Source: a virus (lineage: Duplodnaviria; Caudoviricetes). From it: 40,728 nt of DNA. Made by a program: the position numbers and the translations under genes. The notes beneath the pieces were generated by a model. The model was not told the DNA's origin and did not search any database. It saw nothing but the letters and a program-made list of their open reading frames with translations. Shown here piece after piece: positions 17,800-27,068 of this stretch. The stretch spans positions 1 through 40,728 of IMG/VR virus record IMGVR_UViG_3300034100_000027; one strand, given 5' to 3'. Each line of letters begins with the position of its first letter. Position 1 is the first letter of the stretch.

Positions 17800-18218
17800 C
17801 GAGGCTCACCCCACGCCCGCAGCCCTTGCCTGAGCGCTGCGCAGGCCAGCGCGGTGCGGTGATCGATCTTGCACACGCCGCCGACCAGCTTTTTGTAGCC
17901 GGACAGCGACATGCCCAGCGCCTCGGCGGCGGCCTCTTGGGTGTAGCCCATCAGCGCCTGCCAGGCGCGCAGGTCGGCGGGGGTCATGTGATCCGGCTGG
18001 CCAACGGGCGCAGCGGCGCACATATTGTCTTCTGTGCGTCGGATAGGTTGCACCACCCATCCTGCAGCCAGATCACCGGCTTGCTCGATGGCGCGCTGGG
18101 CCGCCGATGGCGAGGTGTAGATTTTTGCCGAGCCGGCGCTCTCGACCAGCTTGCCGCGCCAGAGATAACCGATGGTGTGGCCATGCGCGTCAAGCGCGCG
18201 GATGATATGCAGACTCAT
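17796..18218 (-). CDS. XRE-type HTH protein
   Basis: C-terminal MTPADLRAWQALMGYTQEAAAEALGMSLSGY. Confidence 0.75.
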   Translation of the reverse strand: MSLHIIRALDAHGHTIGYLWRGKLVESAGSAKIYTSPSAAQRAIEQAGDLAAGWVVQPIRRTEDNMCAAAPVGQPDHMTPADLRAWQALMGYTQEAAAEALGMSLSGYKKLVGGVCKIDHRTALACAALRQGLRAWGEPR

Positions 18219-18439
18219 GATTGCGACTTTATGGCCGTTGCGATTTTGTTTTGGTTAAGCGCCCGGACTGCACCAGCGTTGACTTGTGTATACACGCCAC
18301 ACTGAGACAGCGCAAGAGCACCAATCTCCATGTTTCGCTGGATGGTGCCGAGCATCCGCCAGCCCGGCAACGCATGGGTATACAGCCGCCACGGTCCGCC
18401 GAGCTGGACCGTGTAGCGGCCTCGGTTGAGGCCACCCAT
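18215..18439 (-). CDS. Hypothetical protein
   Basis: 74 aa; ATGA-coupled to the HTH gene. Confidence 0.65.
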   Translation of the reverse strand: MGGLNRGRYTVQLGGPWRLYTHALPGWRMLGTIQRNMEIGALALSQCGVYTQVNAGAVRALNQNKIATAIKSQS

Positions 18440-18441
18440 GA

Positions 18442-18669
18442 TCAGGCAGACCGCAAGGCCGTGGAGACCTTATCAATCAGATCAGCGGCGCGGCTGCGGA
18501 CCAGCGTGATCTGGCCAGCGACGCTTTCAGCGGTCTCCGTCGCCCCAAAGATGTTGACCGAGCCGATCTCTCGATTGATCTCAAGCATCTCAGCGGCGCT
18601 GCGCAGGAGACTGGCGGCGCTGCCAGCGGCGTTGCCGAGGTTGTCAAAAAACTTGATGTTTGCGTCCAT
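18442..18669 (-). CDS. Hypothetical protein
   Basis: AAGGA RBS; 75 aa. Confidence 0.7.
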   Translation of the reverse strand: MDANIKFFDNLGNAAGSAASLLRSAAEMLEINREIGSVNIFGATETAESVAGQITLVRSRAADLIDKVSTALRSA

Positions 18670-18736
18670 TTGATTTCCTTTGCCCCTCAAGCCGGGAGGC
18701 GCCGGGGACCTGCTTTATTGCCTGTCCATGTGTCAA

Positions 18737-18765
18737 ATTATAGTACCTTTACGGTACTATACAAG
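18737..18765 (-). promoter_or_regulatory. Sigma70 promoter overlapped by a palindromic operator
   Basis: TTGTAT-17 bp-TATAAT; inverted repeat TATAGTACC-tttac-GGTACTATA at 18739-18761. Confidence 0.75.
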
Positions 18766-18817
18766 CCCATCAACTACCGTTCGTCGGAAAGTTTTGAAAT
18801 AATTTCCCGCAAAATGC

Positions 18818-18850
18818 AAAAAAAACCCTCCAGCCCGAAGGCCAGAGGGG
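18818..18850 (-). terminator. Rho-independent terminator of the late/lysis operon
   Basis: CCCTCTGGCC-TTCG-GGCTGGAGGG hairpin followed by a T8 run. Confidence 0.75.
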
Positions 18851-18905
18851 AAAAAACCAGGCGGCCTGTGAGCGCCTGGGTGCAACTGCTTGGGGCAACG
18901 GGGCG

Positions 18906-19448
18906 CTACGGCGGCCTGGCCGCGCGGCGCAACAAATCTGCGCGGCAGCTCGCGTAGGCCAGGTTGATCTGGTCCGCCTGGCTCAGTCGCTCGCGAAGTA
19001 GTGCAGAAAGCTCTGCTGAAAGTAGCCCGCCGGCATCGGCTCGGTCTGCTGCACGATCTGGGGGGCCGGCTGGGGCTGCGTCTGGGGCGCCAGCACCACC
19101 GCGCCCACATCCGGGGCTGGTGGCGTTGGGGTCGCGCAGCCGCCCAGCAGGGCCGCCAAGGCGGCGCAGGCGATCAGCAAGGGCATTGGTAGTCTGTTGG
19201 TGTTGCGCATCTTGTAGCTCCTGTTTTTGGCGTATGTCTTGCAGCTCGCTCTCGCGCGCGAGCACCTTGGCGGTCTCGGCGGCCAGCAGTTCGGCGGCCT
19301 GCGCTTTTTGGCGCGCGATGGCGGCCTCGTAGTGATCGGTGGTGGTGGCCACGCCAGCGGCGTATTGGTGGCGCCCGTATTGCAGCGCGGCGATCAGCGC
19401 GAGCAGGATGGCCAGCAGGGCGGCGGCGGCTTTGGTGGATAGGCTCAT
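18906..19448 (-). CDS. Rz: i-spanin (Rz-like)
   Basis: N-terminal TM, coiled coil, end of lysis module, embedded lipoprotein gene. Confidence 0.8.
   Translation of the reverse strand: MSLSTKAAAALLAILLALIAALQYGRHQYAAGVATTTDHYEAAIARQKAQAAELLAAETAKVLARESELQDIRQKQELQDAQHQQTTNALADRLRRLGGPAGRLRDPNATSPGCGRGGAGAPDAAPAGPPDRAADRADAGGLLSAELSALLRERLSQADQINLAYASCRADLLRRAARPP
18983..19210 (-). CDS. Rz1: o-spanin lipoprotein (Rz1-like), nested in Rz
   Basis: Lipobox LLGG-C, Pro-rich, in an alternate frame inside Rz. Confidence 0.75.
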   Translation of the reverse strand: MRNTNRLPMPLLIACAALAALLGGCATPTPPAPDVGAVVLAPQTQPQPAPQIVQQTEPMPAGYFQQSFLHYFASD

Positions 19449-19603
19449 GGTTTGTACACCCCCATATCGCGCACCGGCACGTCGGCGCGGCGCTCGTAGC
19501 GCTCAAGCAGCTCGCGCTGCTGGCGGCGTTGGTCCCGCGCGCGCAGTGCGTCGATCTCGCGCGGGCGGCGTTTGCGGGGGGTGGCGCGGTGGGGTTTGCT
19601 CAC
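19445..19603 (-). CDS. Small basic hypothetical protein
   Basis: Start/stop overlaps on both sides. Confidence 0.5.
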   Translation of the reverse strand: MSKPHRATPRKRRPREIDALRARDQRRQQRELLERYERRADVPVRDMGVYKP

Positions 19604-19920
19604 GTCCCCACCTTCTCGCTCGTGCCGGCCCAAACGAATTCACCGTGCGCGCCAACCGGAAAGTGCTTGCGACAGGCGCAGCAGAATGTGCCGCTGTAAA
19701 AATCTGGCTGCCTTGCATAGGTCTCTGCCAGCGCGCGGCCCATGGTCGTCACAGTGCCGCATGGCTCGTGCACGTATGACGCGCGCACCGGGCGCACAAA
19801 GCCCAGCGCCCGCTCTTCGGCGCTGAGCACCACATAGGCCTTCTGTTGTCCTGTATTTGGGTCGATCTCACGGTGGTCGGGCGTAACGGGTGATCCGTCT
19901 GTCAAGGTGGTCTTGCTCAT
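19600..19920 (-). CDS. Hypothetical protein, possible Zn-binding
   Basis: HEPC..CCAC motifs; AGGAG RBS. Confidence 0.7.
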   Translation of the reverse strand: MSKTTLTDGSPVTPDHREIDPNTGQQKAYVVLSAEERALGFVRPVRASYVHEPCGTVTTMGRALAETYARQPDFYSGTFCCACRKHFPVGAHGEFVWAGTSEKVGT

Positions 19921-20132
19921 CGTGGTGCTCCTGTTTGTGCGGCCTCGGCGTTTGCGGCCTTCACCACTTCGCCGAGTGCCACGATATTGGTGGTGTCAAC
20001 GCGCAGAACGAGCGCGGCTTCGGTCATATAGCCGGCGTTCTGGAACGTGTAGCCAGACTGTTTCAGGTGTCGCTCGAATATCGACAACTTCCAGTCGTCG
20101 ATCACGATGCCTGCTTTTTTTTGATCGCTCAC
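19917..20132 (-). CDS. Hypothetical protein
   Basis: GTGA overlap with the endolysin stop; 71 aa. Confidence 0.65.
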   Translation of the reverse strand: MSDQKKAGIVIDDWKLSIFERHLKQSGYTFQNAGYMTEAALVLRVDTTNIVALGEVVKAANAEAAQTGAPR

Positions 20133-20587
20133 GCCAACCCCACAATCCCCGGCACCGTGCCGGCGTCGGTGATGGTGATCACCCGGTTGATCTGGCGCTC
20201 TGGCGTGTGGGTGGAGACGTGCACCCATTGCTTGCCTGCCACGCCCTCAAGGATGAGCTGGCCGATGCCCAGCACATCGACCCGTGGGGCCAGCAGGCGG
20301 GCCACCTCGGTGGGCTCGCCAAACGCGGGCGCCACGATGTCGGCGGCGTGGCCGCCGGTGTGGTCGCTGCTGGTGCGGCCGCCGACGGCCGCATTGAGCA
20401 CGGGGCACCGGTAGCCACTGGTCACGATGACCGGTGCGCCCAGCGTGGATCTGATGCGCTCCAGCATCTCGGCCAGCAGCACCAGGCGCGGCACGATCTC
20501 TGGCGGCGCGGTGTTGTCGATGCCGAGTGCTTGGGCCTTGTTGCTGCGGGTCAGCTCGGCCAGGGTGAAGTGTGGCGAGAGTTGCAT
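20129..20587 (-). CDS. Endolysin, peptidase M15A family
   Basis: LSPHFTLAEL, VTSGYRC..LN..VGG..SDHTGGHAADI, WVHVS. Confidence 0.9.
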   Translation of the reverse strand: MQLSPHFTLAELTRSNKAQALGIDNTAPPEIVPRLVLLAEMLERIRSTLGAPVIVTSGYRCPVLNAAVGGRTSSDHTGGHAADIVAPAFGEPTEVARLLAPRVDVLGIGQLILEGVAGKQWVHVSTHTPERQINRVITITDAGTVPGIVGLA

Positions 20588-20590
20588 GGC

Positions 20591-20911
20591 TCAGCCCTCC
20601 TTGATGCGTGTGCGCACAATTAATACCGCCAGCCCGGCCAGCGCCGCCACATGCCCAGGCGTGGGCTGCTCGCCGATGGTGATGAGCGTTGTGCTCAGCG
20701 GCCCGGAGCCGGCGGCGATCAGCGCCGTGCCGATCAGCGCGTCGATGGCGGCCAGCGCCAGCAAATACCAGGCCAGCGCCTTGAGCGCGTCCACCGTGCG
20801 CGTGTGCGCGCACATGCCGCGCGCCAGTGGGTCGCAGCGCAAGAGTTTGTTGATGGCCTCGGCCAGCACCACCAAGGCGGCGAGCGCGTGCAAGATGTGC
20901 AGCGTGCTCAT
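20591..20911 (-). CDS. Holin/antiholin-like membrane protein
   Basis: 3 hydrophobic segments; upstream of the endolysin. Confidence 0.65.
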   Translation of the reverse strand: MSTLHILHALAALVVLAEAINKLLRCDPLARGMCAHTRTVDALKALAWYLLALAAIDALIGTALIAAGSGPLSTTLITIGEQPTPGHVAALAGLAVLIVRTRIKEG

Positions 20912-21339
20912 GGCGCGCCCCCCTGCTCTGCTGGCGCCGCCTGCGCGGCCACGCGCATGACGTAGCGCGCCAGAATCTTCTGCGCGCCCGCGCCCACCAC
21001 AAAGGCAAACGCGAGCATGAGCGAGGGCGGCACGCTGCCCAGCAGCAGCACTAGCGGGACAAGGTAGCCAGCCGTCAGGCTGCTGGCGATGGTCACGCCC
21101 ATGCGCTTGAGCGTGGAGCGCAGCAGATCGCGCCAGGTGTCGTCCGTGGCGGGCACGGTGTTGAGCAATATCACCCCGGCGAGCGCGCCGCCGAAGCCCG
21201 CCATGAGCACGTCGATGCGCAACTCCAGCGGGACGCCAAAAAGCACCAGCGATGAAGACGCCGCCAGCGACAGCACCGGCACGCTTGCCGCCGCGGCCAC
21301 CAGCGTGGCGCCGGCTGCGGTAGAGGTTGGTTCAGCCAT
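20908..21339 (-). CDS. Putative holin
   Basis: MAEPTST start, about 4 TM segments; first gene of the lysis module. Confidence 0.7.
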   Translation of the reverse strand: MAEPTSTAAGATLVAAAASVPVLSLAASSSLVLFGVPLELRIDVLMAGFGGALAGVILLNTVPATDDTWRDLLRSTLKRMGVTIASSLTAGYLVPLVLLLGSVPPSLMLAFAFVVGAGAQKILARYVMRVAAQAAPAEQGGAP

Positions 21340-21373
21340 TATTTGTATCTCCTATCCATGTTGTCTTTGACCA

Positions 21374-21946
21374 TCAGCATGCCGCCAGCACCACCACCGC
21401 CGCATCGCACGCCGCCTGCGCGCTGGCAGCATCAGCCGCCGCCGTCACCGCGCGCTTGCCCGTGATGCGCTGCTGCTCGATCTGCGCACCCTTGGCCAGC
21501 CAGGCGTCGGCCTGATTGATGATGGCGTCGGCCGCGGCCTGCGTCTGCGCGGCGGTGGGTGTGGCGCCGTTGATGGCCATGGCCTCGGCCTGCACGTAGG
21601 CATAGCTTGCGAGCGTGGCAAATGGGTAGCCCGCGGCCTTGTAAGCGCGCGCCTGCTGGTCTTTGAGCAGGTAGGTGGCCTCTTGCCCAGCCGCCACGGT
21701 GATGTAGCGCGCACGCGCCGCTCCGGCGGCGGCGTCTATGGTGGCGTGCAGTTGCGCCGGCGTTGCGGGCGCGATCGGTGCGCGCACCACCGCGCCGCCA
21801 ATGTAGCGCCAGGCCGCAAAGCCGCCCTCGGCCAGGGCCTGGCCCTCTGCGTCTGATATGGGCACGGCCGTGGCCGGCGGCGCCAGGTAGTCGTCATTAA
21901 ACAGCTCAACGATGCGGTCGCCGGCGGTCACAATTTTGTAAGCCAT
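21374..21946 (-). CDS. Tail fibre assembly/chaperone-like protein
   Basis: IDAAAGAARARYIT..GQEATYLLK; follows the fibre gene. Confidence 0.6.
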   Translation of the reverse strand: MAYKIVTAGDRIVELFNDDYLAPPATAVPISDAEGQALAEGGFAAWRYIGGAVVRAPIAPATPAQLHATIDAAAGAARARYITVAAGQEATYLLKDQQARAYKAAGYPFATLASYAYVQAEAMAINGATPTAAQTQAAADAIINQADAWLAKGAQIEQQRITGKRAVTAAADAASAQAACDAAVVVLAAC

Positions 21947-21947
21947 G

Positions 21948-23006
21948 TCAGCGCACCCCGATTGAGTAATTGACCGCGACAAGATCAGCCACGGCCGTGC
22001 CGATGCGGAAGTTTCCGAGCCCGACGAGCGCGCCCGAACTCAAATCATTGGCGTACACCTGCACGGTGTCGCCGGCGACAAAATCAAGATCATCAGCAAA
22101 CGAATTGGCGGCGCTGTTGTTGAAGTTGTGCACCGGACCATAGGCAACGCCGTTTTTATAAACGCGCGCGGCGTGGCTTGGATTGCCGCCGATAAAAGTC
22201 GTGTCGAATGCGATGCGCAGCGTGCCTGACTTGATGATTTTGGCGTTGAAGAATTCCACGTACACATTGCCCGTGGCCGCTGACATGTACGTCGGCGCGC
22301 CGGCGGGATAGAGGTACGCCGTGCCGGCCCCGTGCCGCGCGGCCAATGCGCCGAGCACGCACCCATCAAAATACACCGTGCCGACCGCGGTGCCGGTGTT
22401 GGGGATGCCACCTGTCAAACGCACGCGCATGTAGCGTGCGTTTGTAGGCGCCGAGACAATAGCGCCAACCTGCGTCGCCGTCAGCGGGACGGATGCGGAA
22501 AAGTATGCCGACGTCGTCGATATCAGCCCTTTTGCAGCGTTGTACCAATACACGTCGATTTGCGCCGACACGCCCGCCACGCTGGCCTTGGCGAGGGCGC
22601 TGAGCCCATAGGCGCGGCCCTCGGCGCAGGTGATGTACTCGCTGCTGATCAGCTCTCCACCGCCGTTGGCCAGCACCGTGCTGGTGATGGCCGCGCAGGC
22701 GGCGCCGTCCATGTTGGCGGCGTTGGGCGCGGCGGTGCCGCCGGCGTAGGCGGTGGCCGTCCAGCTTGTCAGGCCCTGCTCAAAGCTGCCGTTGCGCAGC
22801 GCGTTGGGCCCCACCTCCACGATGGCCGAGTTGACGCCGTCGTGGTTGTGGTCTTGCGCCGCGCCGGCGGTGTAGCTCGCGCCCAGCCACTCGCGCAGGT
22901 GCACGGTGTCGTCGCGCAGGCCCTGCACCAGAGCCTGGTCCACGGGGCTGTCGACGTCGGTGGCGGCGTCTGTGAGGGTGACCCACGCTTTGCTGACGGC
23001 GGTCAT
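21948..23006 (-). CDS. Tail fibre/receptor-binding protein with CBM-like domain
   Basis: HNHDG, NALRNGSFE..W, APTNARYMRVRL..VYFDG. Confidence 0.7.
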   Translation of the reverse strand: MTAVSKAWVTLTDAATDVDSPVDQALVQGLRDDTVHLREWLGASYTAGAAQDHNHDGVNSAIVEVGPNALRNGSFEQGLTSWTATAYAGGTAAPNAANMDGAACAAITSTVLANGGGELISSEYITCAEGRAYGLSALAKASVAGVSAQIDVYWYNAAKGLISTTSAYFSASVPLTATQVGAIVSAPTNARYMRVRLTGGIPNTGTAVGTVYFDGCVLGALAARHGAGTAYLYPAGAPTYMSAATGNVYVEFFNAKIIKSGTLRIAFDTTFIGGNPSHAARVYKNGVAYGPVHNFNNSAANSFADDLDFVAGDTVQVYANDLSSGALVGLGNFRIGTAVADLVAVNYSIGVR

Positions 23007-23239
23007 GGCTCAAGCTCCACCAGACCCAGGTTGCGCGGGTGCGCGCATTGCAGCAGATAGCGCACCGCGAAGGGGTGCGCGCTGCCGTCGCCAAAGCGGT
23101 CGCCCAGCCCGCGCCAGTTGGGGCAGGCGGTGCACTTCTCCAGCCGCACCAGGCGGCCGTTGGCCATGGGGCAGCCCACCAGCACGTTGGGCGGGATCTC
23201 AATTGTCTGCTCGGATTCTTGTATTGCGGTAGTCGTCAT
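23003..23239 (-). CDS. Small Cys-rich tail-region protein
   Basis: CP..CTAC..C; coupled to the fibre gene. Confidence 0.6.
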   Translation of the reverse strand: MTTTAIQESEQTIEIPPNVLVGCPMANGRLVRLEKCTACPNWRGLGDRFGDGSAHPFAVRYLLQCAHPRNLGLVELEP

Positions 23240-23246
23240 GGTGTTC

Positions 23247-25220
23247 TCACGGGATGTAATAACCGTCGTCCCCATTGCTCATGCGCCCCGTGGCGCTGGA
23301 GCAGATGTAGGCGTATTTGCGTTGCGCGGCGCTGGCGGCCAGGTAGTCAGGTTGGCCGTTGGGGGCGATGAACGCGTACCGTGCGCGCCGGTAGCCCAGG
23401 GTGAGCGCGGTGGCCTCAAAGTGCGACCCCCTGTCTTGCAGGCGCACGATGCGGCAGGTGACCTGCTTGGGCGCGCCGGCGGCGTCCACCAGGCGCCGGG
23501 TGGTGATGTTGAGCTGCTCGCCCATGGCCACTTCGTCGCGCGGGTCGAGCTTGATGGTGATCTTTTTTGGCGCGTCGCGCAGGCGCGCCAGGCGCCGGGC
23601 CACCACGGCGGCGGCGAAGACGGTGTTGGCCGTGCCCAGCCAGCGGCTGTAGCTGGTGGTTTGGCGGGTGTCGCCGTACTCGGCGGCGCTTTGCGCGTCG
23701 GCGTCTACATACTGCGCGCCGGCCAGGTAGTTGCGCGGCTCGGTCTTGTTGGCGGTGGCGTTGCGCAGGCCGTAGAACAGCGCGGCCGCGGTGATGCGCT
23801 CGCCGTCTTGCGACTCCACGCGGGTGGTGGCGGCCACCAGGTTGTCGGCGGTGAGCACGCGCGGCGCGGCGGTCAGCAGCGGCTGGTTGGCAAGCAGCTT
23901 GACGAGCTGCTCCACTGGAGACCACCAGGCGACGGCGCCGATGTCGCGCAGGAGCTCGCCCGCCAAATCACTGGATCGCTCGGGCGCGGTGATGATGGTG
24001 GTGATTTCGGCGCCGTTGAACCAATCGGTGTCCTGCGCTTGCCAGCCCGCGAGGTCAAGGTACCCGGCGCTGATGCCAGACTCCACAAAGATGTCGCGCA
24101 GCACCTCCCAGACGCGCTTGGCCGCCCAGGCGCGGCACAGTTGCGCGCCGTCTTTGGCCTTGTGGTCGCTGGCGCTGGTGCCCCATTGCGCGCGGTAGGT
24201 GGCGTCTGGCCAGCTCAGCACGTCGCCGGCGCGGGCGGTGTAGCGGATGACCTCATCGCCGATGCGCATGTATTCGGCCTTGCCGCTGGTGGCCGGGTCT
24301 GCGTACTGCGCGCCGCGCCCGGCGCCCACATTGATCGACAGCGCGCCGATCTGGTAGACGCTTTGGGCGACGGGCTGCACCTCCCACGCGCTGGCCAGGG
24401 TGGCGGTGCGGGTGGCGCCGGTGTAGGCGCTGATCACGCGGCGCTGGCCCGAGCCCGTGCCATGCTCGATGTAGACCTCCATGCCGGTGTAGGCGCCGTC
24501 AAGCGCCGATGCGTCTGGCGCCAGCACCACGCTGGCGCTGGTGGCGCTTTGCACGTAGCCACGCGCCTCGATGGCCTTGAGGTCTTGCGCCAGCGCGCCC
24601 GAGGTGGGCGCGGGCAGCGTGTTGCGGTCTGCGAGCTTGAGCACGTCTGACAGCACCAGGGTGACGCCGCCGTCAGCGTCGGGCCCAGACACGGCGTCGA
24701 TGATGTAGGCCGATGTCTGGAAGGTGGTCCAGTCCCACGGGCTGGTGACGTAGCCTTGGCGCACGCGCGCGGGGCGCCCGACCAGGTTGTGGTTGCGCGC
24801 CAGAAAACGCCCCCACCAGGTGCCCTGCGCGGGCGCGCTGCGCGTGGCGGCGTAGGGGTCTTCCAGGTGGTCAGGCGCGGGCTCGTCAAGCAGCTTGATG
24901 CTGGTCTGGCTGCGCATGGCCAAGCCCTTGCTGGGCACGATCTCGGTGGGGGTGACCGCGGCGCTGCCCGATATGTACGGGCGCACCGTCTCGCCCGGCA
25001 CCAGGGTGCCGCGCGAGCAGAATTTTTTGGTCACGCTGCCGCGCACAAACGCGGTCTTGGCCTGGCAGGTGGCCCAGGTGTTGTAGCACTCCGTGCCCAC
25101 GGCGCCCGTGGCGGTGCAGGGGGCGACGCGGTAGGTGTTGGTGCACCGATCGACATCGACCTCAAGCACGAGGGAGATCACCCGCTCGTGCTTGCCCTGT
25201 ACGGCGCTGCGGGTGGTCAT
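23247..25220 (-). CDS. Tail tip/central tail protein
   Basis: 657 aa; N-terminal Cys cluster (CTNTY..PC..CYNTWATC); position in the tail module. Confidence 0.7.
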   Translation of the reverse strand: MTTRSAVQGKHERVISLVLEVDVDRCTNTYRVAPCTATGAVGTECYNTWATCQAKTAFVRGSVTKKFCSRGTLVPGETVRPYISGSAAVTPTEIVPSKGLAMRSQTSIKLLDEPAPDHLEDPYAATRSAPAQGTWWGRFLARNHNLVGRPARVRQGYVTSPWDWTTFQTSAYIIDAVSGPDADGGVTLVLSDVLKLADRNTLPAPTSGALAQDLKAIEARGYVQSATSASVVLAPDASALDGAYTGMEVYIEHGTGSGQRRVISAYTGATRTATLASAWEVQPVAQSVYQIGALSINVGAGRGAQYADPATSGKAEYMRIGDEVIRYTARAGDVLSWPDATYRAQWGTSASDHKAKDGAQLCRAWAAKRVWEVLRDIFVESGISAGYLDLAGWQAQDTDWFNGAEITTIITAPERSSDLAGELLRDIGAVAWWSPVEQLVKLLANQPLLTAAPRVLTADNLVAATTRVESQDGERITAAALFYGLRNATANKTEPRNYLAGAQYVDADAQSAAEYGDTRQTTSYSRWLGTANTVFAAAVVARRLARLRDAPKKITIKLDPRDEVAMGEQLNITTRRLVDAAGAPKQVTCRIVRLQDRGSHFEATALTLGYRRARYAFIAPNGQPDYLAASAAQRKYAYICSSATGRMSNGDDGYYIP

Positions 25221-27061
25221 GTCACCACCCCGCTGACGGTGACGTTGAGGTCCGCCGTTTTGCCGCTGTAGTGGGGCGCGGTGTACTGGTCTGCGGCGGT
25301 GACAAGCACCACATCCTCCACCGCTTGTTCGTAATCCCACACAAACCCAAACGGCTCGCTGCGCAGGCCACGGCGCCAGGCTTGCTCCCACACGCCGCGC
25401 AGCCACTGCCATGTCACGCGCTCGAATTTGAGCGAGATGGCGCGGGTCTCAAAATTGATGGTGCGCCCCAGGGGCTGCCCGTTCTCATTGGCGTTGCGCT
25501 GGCCGTCCACCTTGCGCGTGAGCAGGTCTGTGCCCTGCGTCACGCCGGTGGGGATGGTGAGCGCCTTGCCCAGCACCAGCTCGCCGATGGCGGGGAGAGC
25601 GGCGCCTGTTTTGCGATTGAGGCGGATGAGCCAGTAGCGCTTGGTGGTGGTGGGGAAGGGCAGGTATAGGGGGGCGTCTTCGCGGAAAGGGGCGGGGCGG
25701 CCCTGGGTTTTTTCCAGCTTGCCGCCCCAAATTACTTTGCTTCCGGTGGTGGATATAGATACCGCTGACGCGCCGTCATAATTCCAGGCTGGGTAAAATG
25801 AGGCATCACAATGCAAATTTCCAGCGCCACTATTCGCGCTCCCTTGAATCCACGCCCACCAGTAATCTCCACAGTCTTCTATACCTTTATCCAACGGGCT
25901 TCCGAATACTGCCGATAATGCTCCTGTGTTGGTATTTATTACAATATACTGCTCTACCGGCGTCGCGCCGTAGCGGGCTAAATACAAGCACGCATAATGT
26001 GCATCATCTTTTGATTTTTTTACAAAAACGCCGGCGGTTTGGTACCCTTCACCTTCATGCAATTCCGCCATACTGCCGAGTGTTGCTCCGTTAAGACTTG
26101 ACAATGATTGATCATCTACAATCGATGCCTCCTTCATGCCGTTTGGCGCCATGGCGGAATTCGGTGTAATGATGGCGCTTCCTGTAATAATATTTTTTGG
26201 CGACATCACACGGTTACTGTATGCAAGTGCCGTCGATCCGATCCAGCGCCCAGATCCCTGTGGAATGTATGGTGCCGGGGAAGATCCTGTATGTAACATC
26301 GCCCCCCACGCGGCAACTCCGCTTGCGCCGTCTCCGGTGTAGGTCGAGTTGCCGGCCGCGTCCAATAAAGCGATAGCCATAAGCAGCACCGACCCGGAAC
26401 CCGGAATACCAGTGACCGAGACCCGAAAGAAGCCATTGCTGTCTCTATATATTGACGCGGCCACTCCAGTCCAACTGCCGCTTGACTGGGTTGAAACAGT
26501 ACCGGCGACCAAATCATAAACGGCGACCGCTGATCCGGTAACTCCATCAGAGATATCTATATACCCGCGATGACGACCAGACGGTTTTAGAAATATAGAG
26601 CCAGTATATTTTGATCCGACAATAGAAGCCACGGAGGCGTGCTGAACAAAATGAATCACTCCAACCGCAGTCGTCTCTTTGATCAAATCAGCCGTTGAAC
26701 TTGCGTCGGGCGCCGTGATGGTGTTTGTAACAATGGTGACGTTCGTCTTTGCCCAATCGGCGCTGCCAAAATCCTCAGGCGCAGTAAGCATCTGCATCCC
26801 GCTAAACGGCAGATCCGCCGCATACACCGACACATCACAAAACGTGCTGTCCAGCGTGTGCGCGGGGATGTACAGGCCGTCGGCCTCCACGGCCACGCCG
26901 GCGTCCACCTCGATGCTGGCGTTCATGGCCGCCGGGCTCCACCAGGTGTAGGGGCGGCCGTCGCTGAGGTTGGCAACGGCAGCGCCCGCGGCGGTGCTGC
27001 TCGCCACCACGCTGGCGGCTTGGGCGATGATGTTTTGGTGCAGGATGCGGGGCAAGGCCAT
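25217..27061 (-). CDS. Distal tail-like protein with inserted low-GC domains
   Basis: Follows the tape measure gene; central ~25730-26800 is AT-richer with two related repeats. Confidence 0.65.
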   Translation of the reverse strand: MALPRILHQNIIAQAASVVASSTAAGAAVANLSDGRPYTWWSPAAMNASIEVDAGVAVEADGLYIPAHTLDSTFCDVSVYAADLPFSGMQMLTAPEDFGSADWAKTNVTIVTNTITAPDASSTADLIKETTAVGVIHFVQHASVASIVGSKYTGSIFLKPSGRHRGYIDISDGVTGSAVAVYDLVAGTVSTQSSGSWTGVAASIYRDSNGFFRVSVTGIPGSGSVLLMAIALLDAAGNSTYTGDGASGVAAWGAMLHTGSSPAPYIPQGSGRWIGSTALAYSNRVMSPKNIITGSAIITPNSAMAPNGMKEASIVDDQSLSSLNGATLGSMAELHEGEGYQTAGVFVKKSKDDAHYACLYLARYGATPVEQYIVINTNTGALSAVFGSPLDKGIEDCGDYWWAWIQGSANSGAGNLHCDASFYPAWNYDGASAVSISTTGSKVIWGGKLEKTQGRPAPFREDAPLYLPFPTTTKRYWLIRLNRKTGAALPAIGELVLGKALTIPTGVTQGTDLLTRKVDGQRNANENGQPLGRTINFETRAISLKFERVTWQWLRGVWEQAWRRGLRSEPFGFVWDYEQAVEDVVLVTAADQYTAPHYSGKTADLNVTVSGVVT

Positions 27062-27068
27062 GGTGTGC

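Noticed and set aside
21948-23006. Invertible or DGR-diversified tail fibre
   Set aside because: No invertase, reverse transcriptase, or duplicated/inverted fibre segment found
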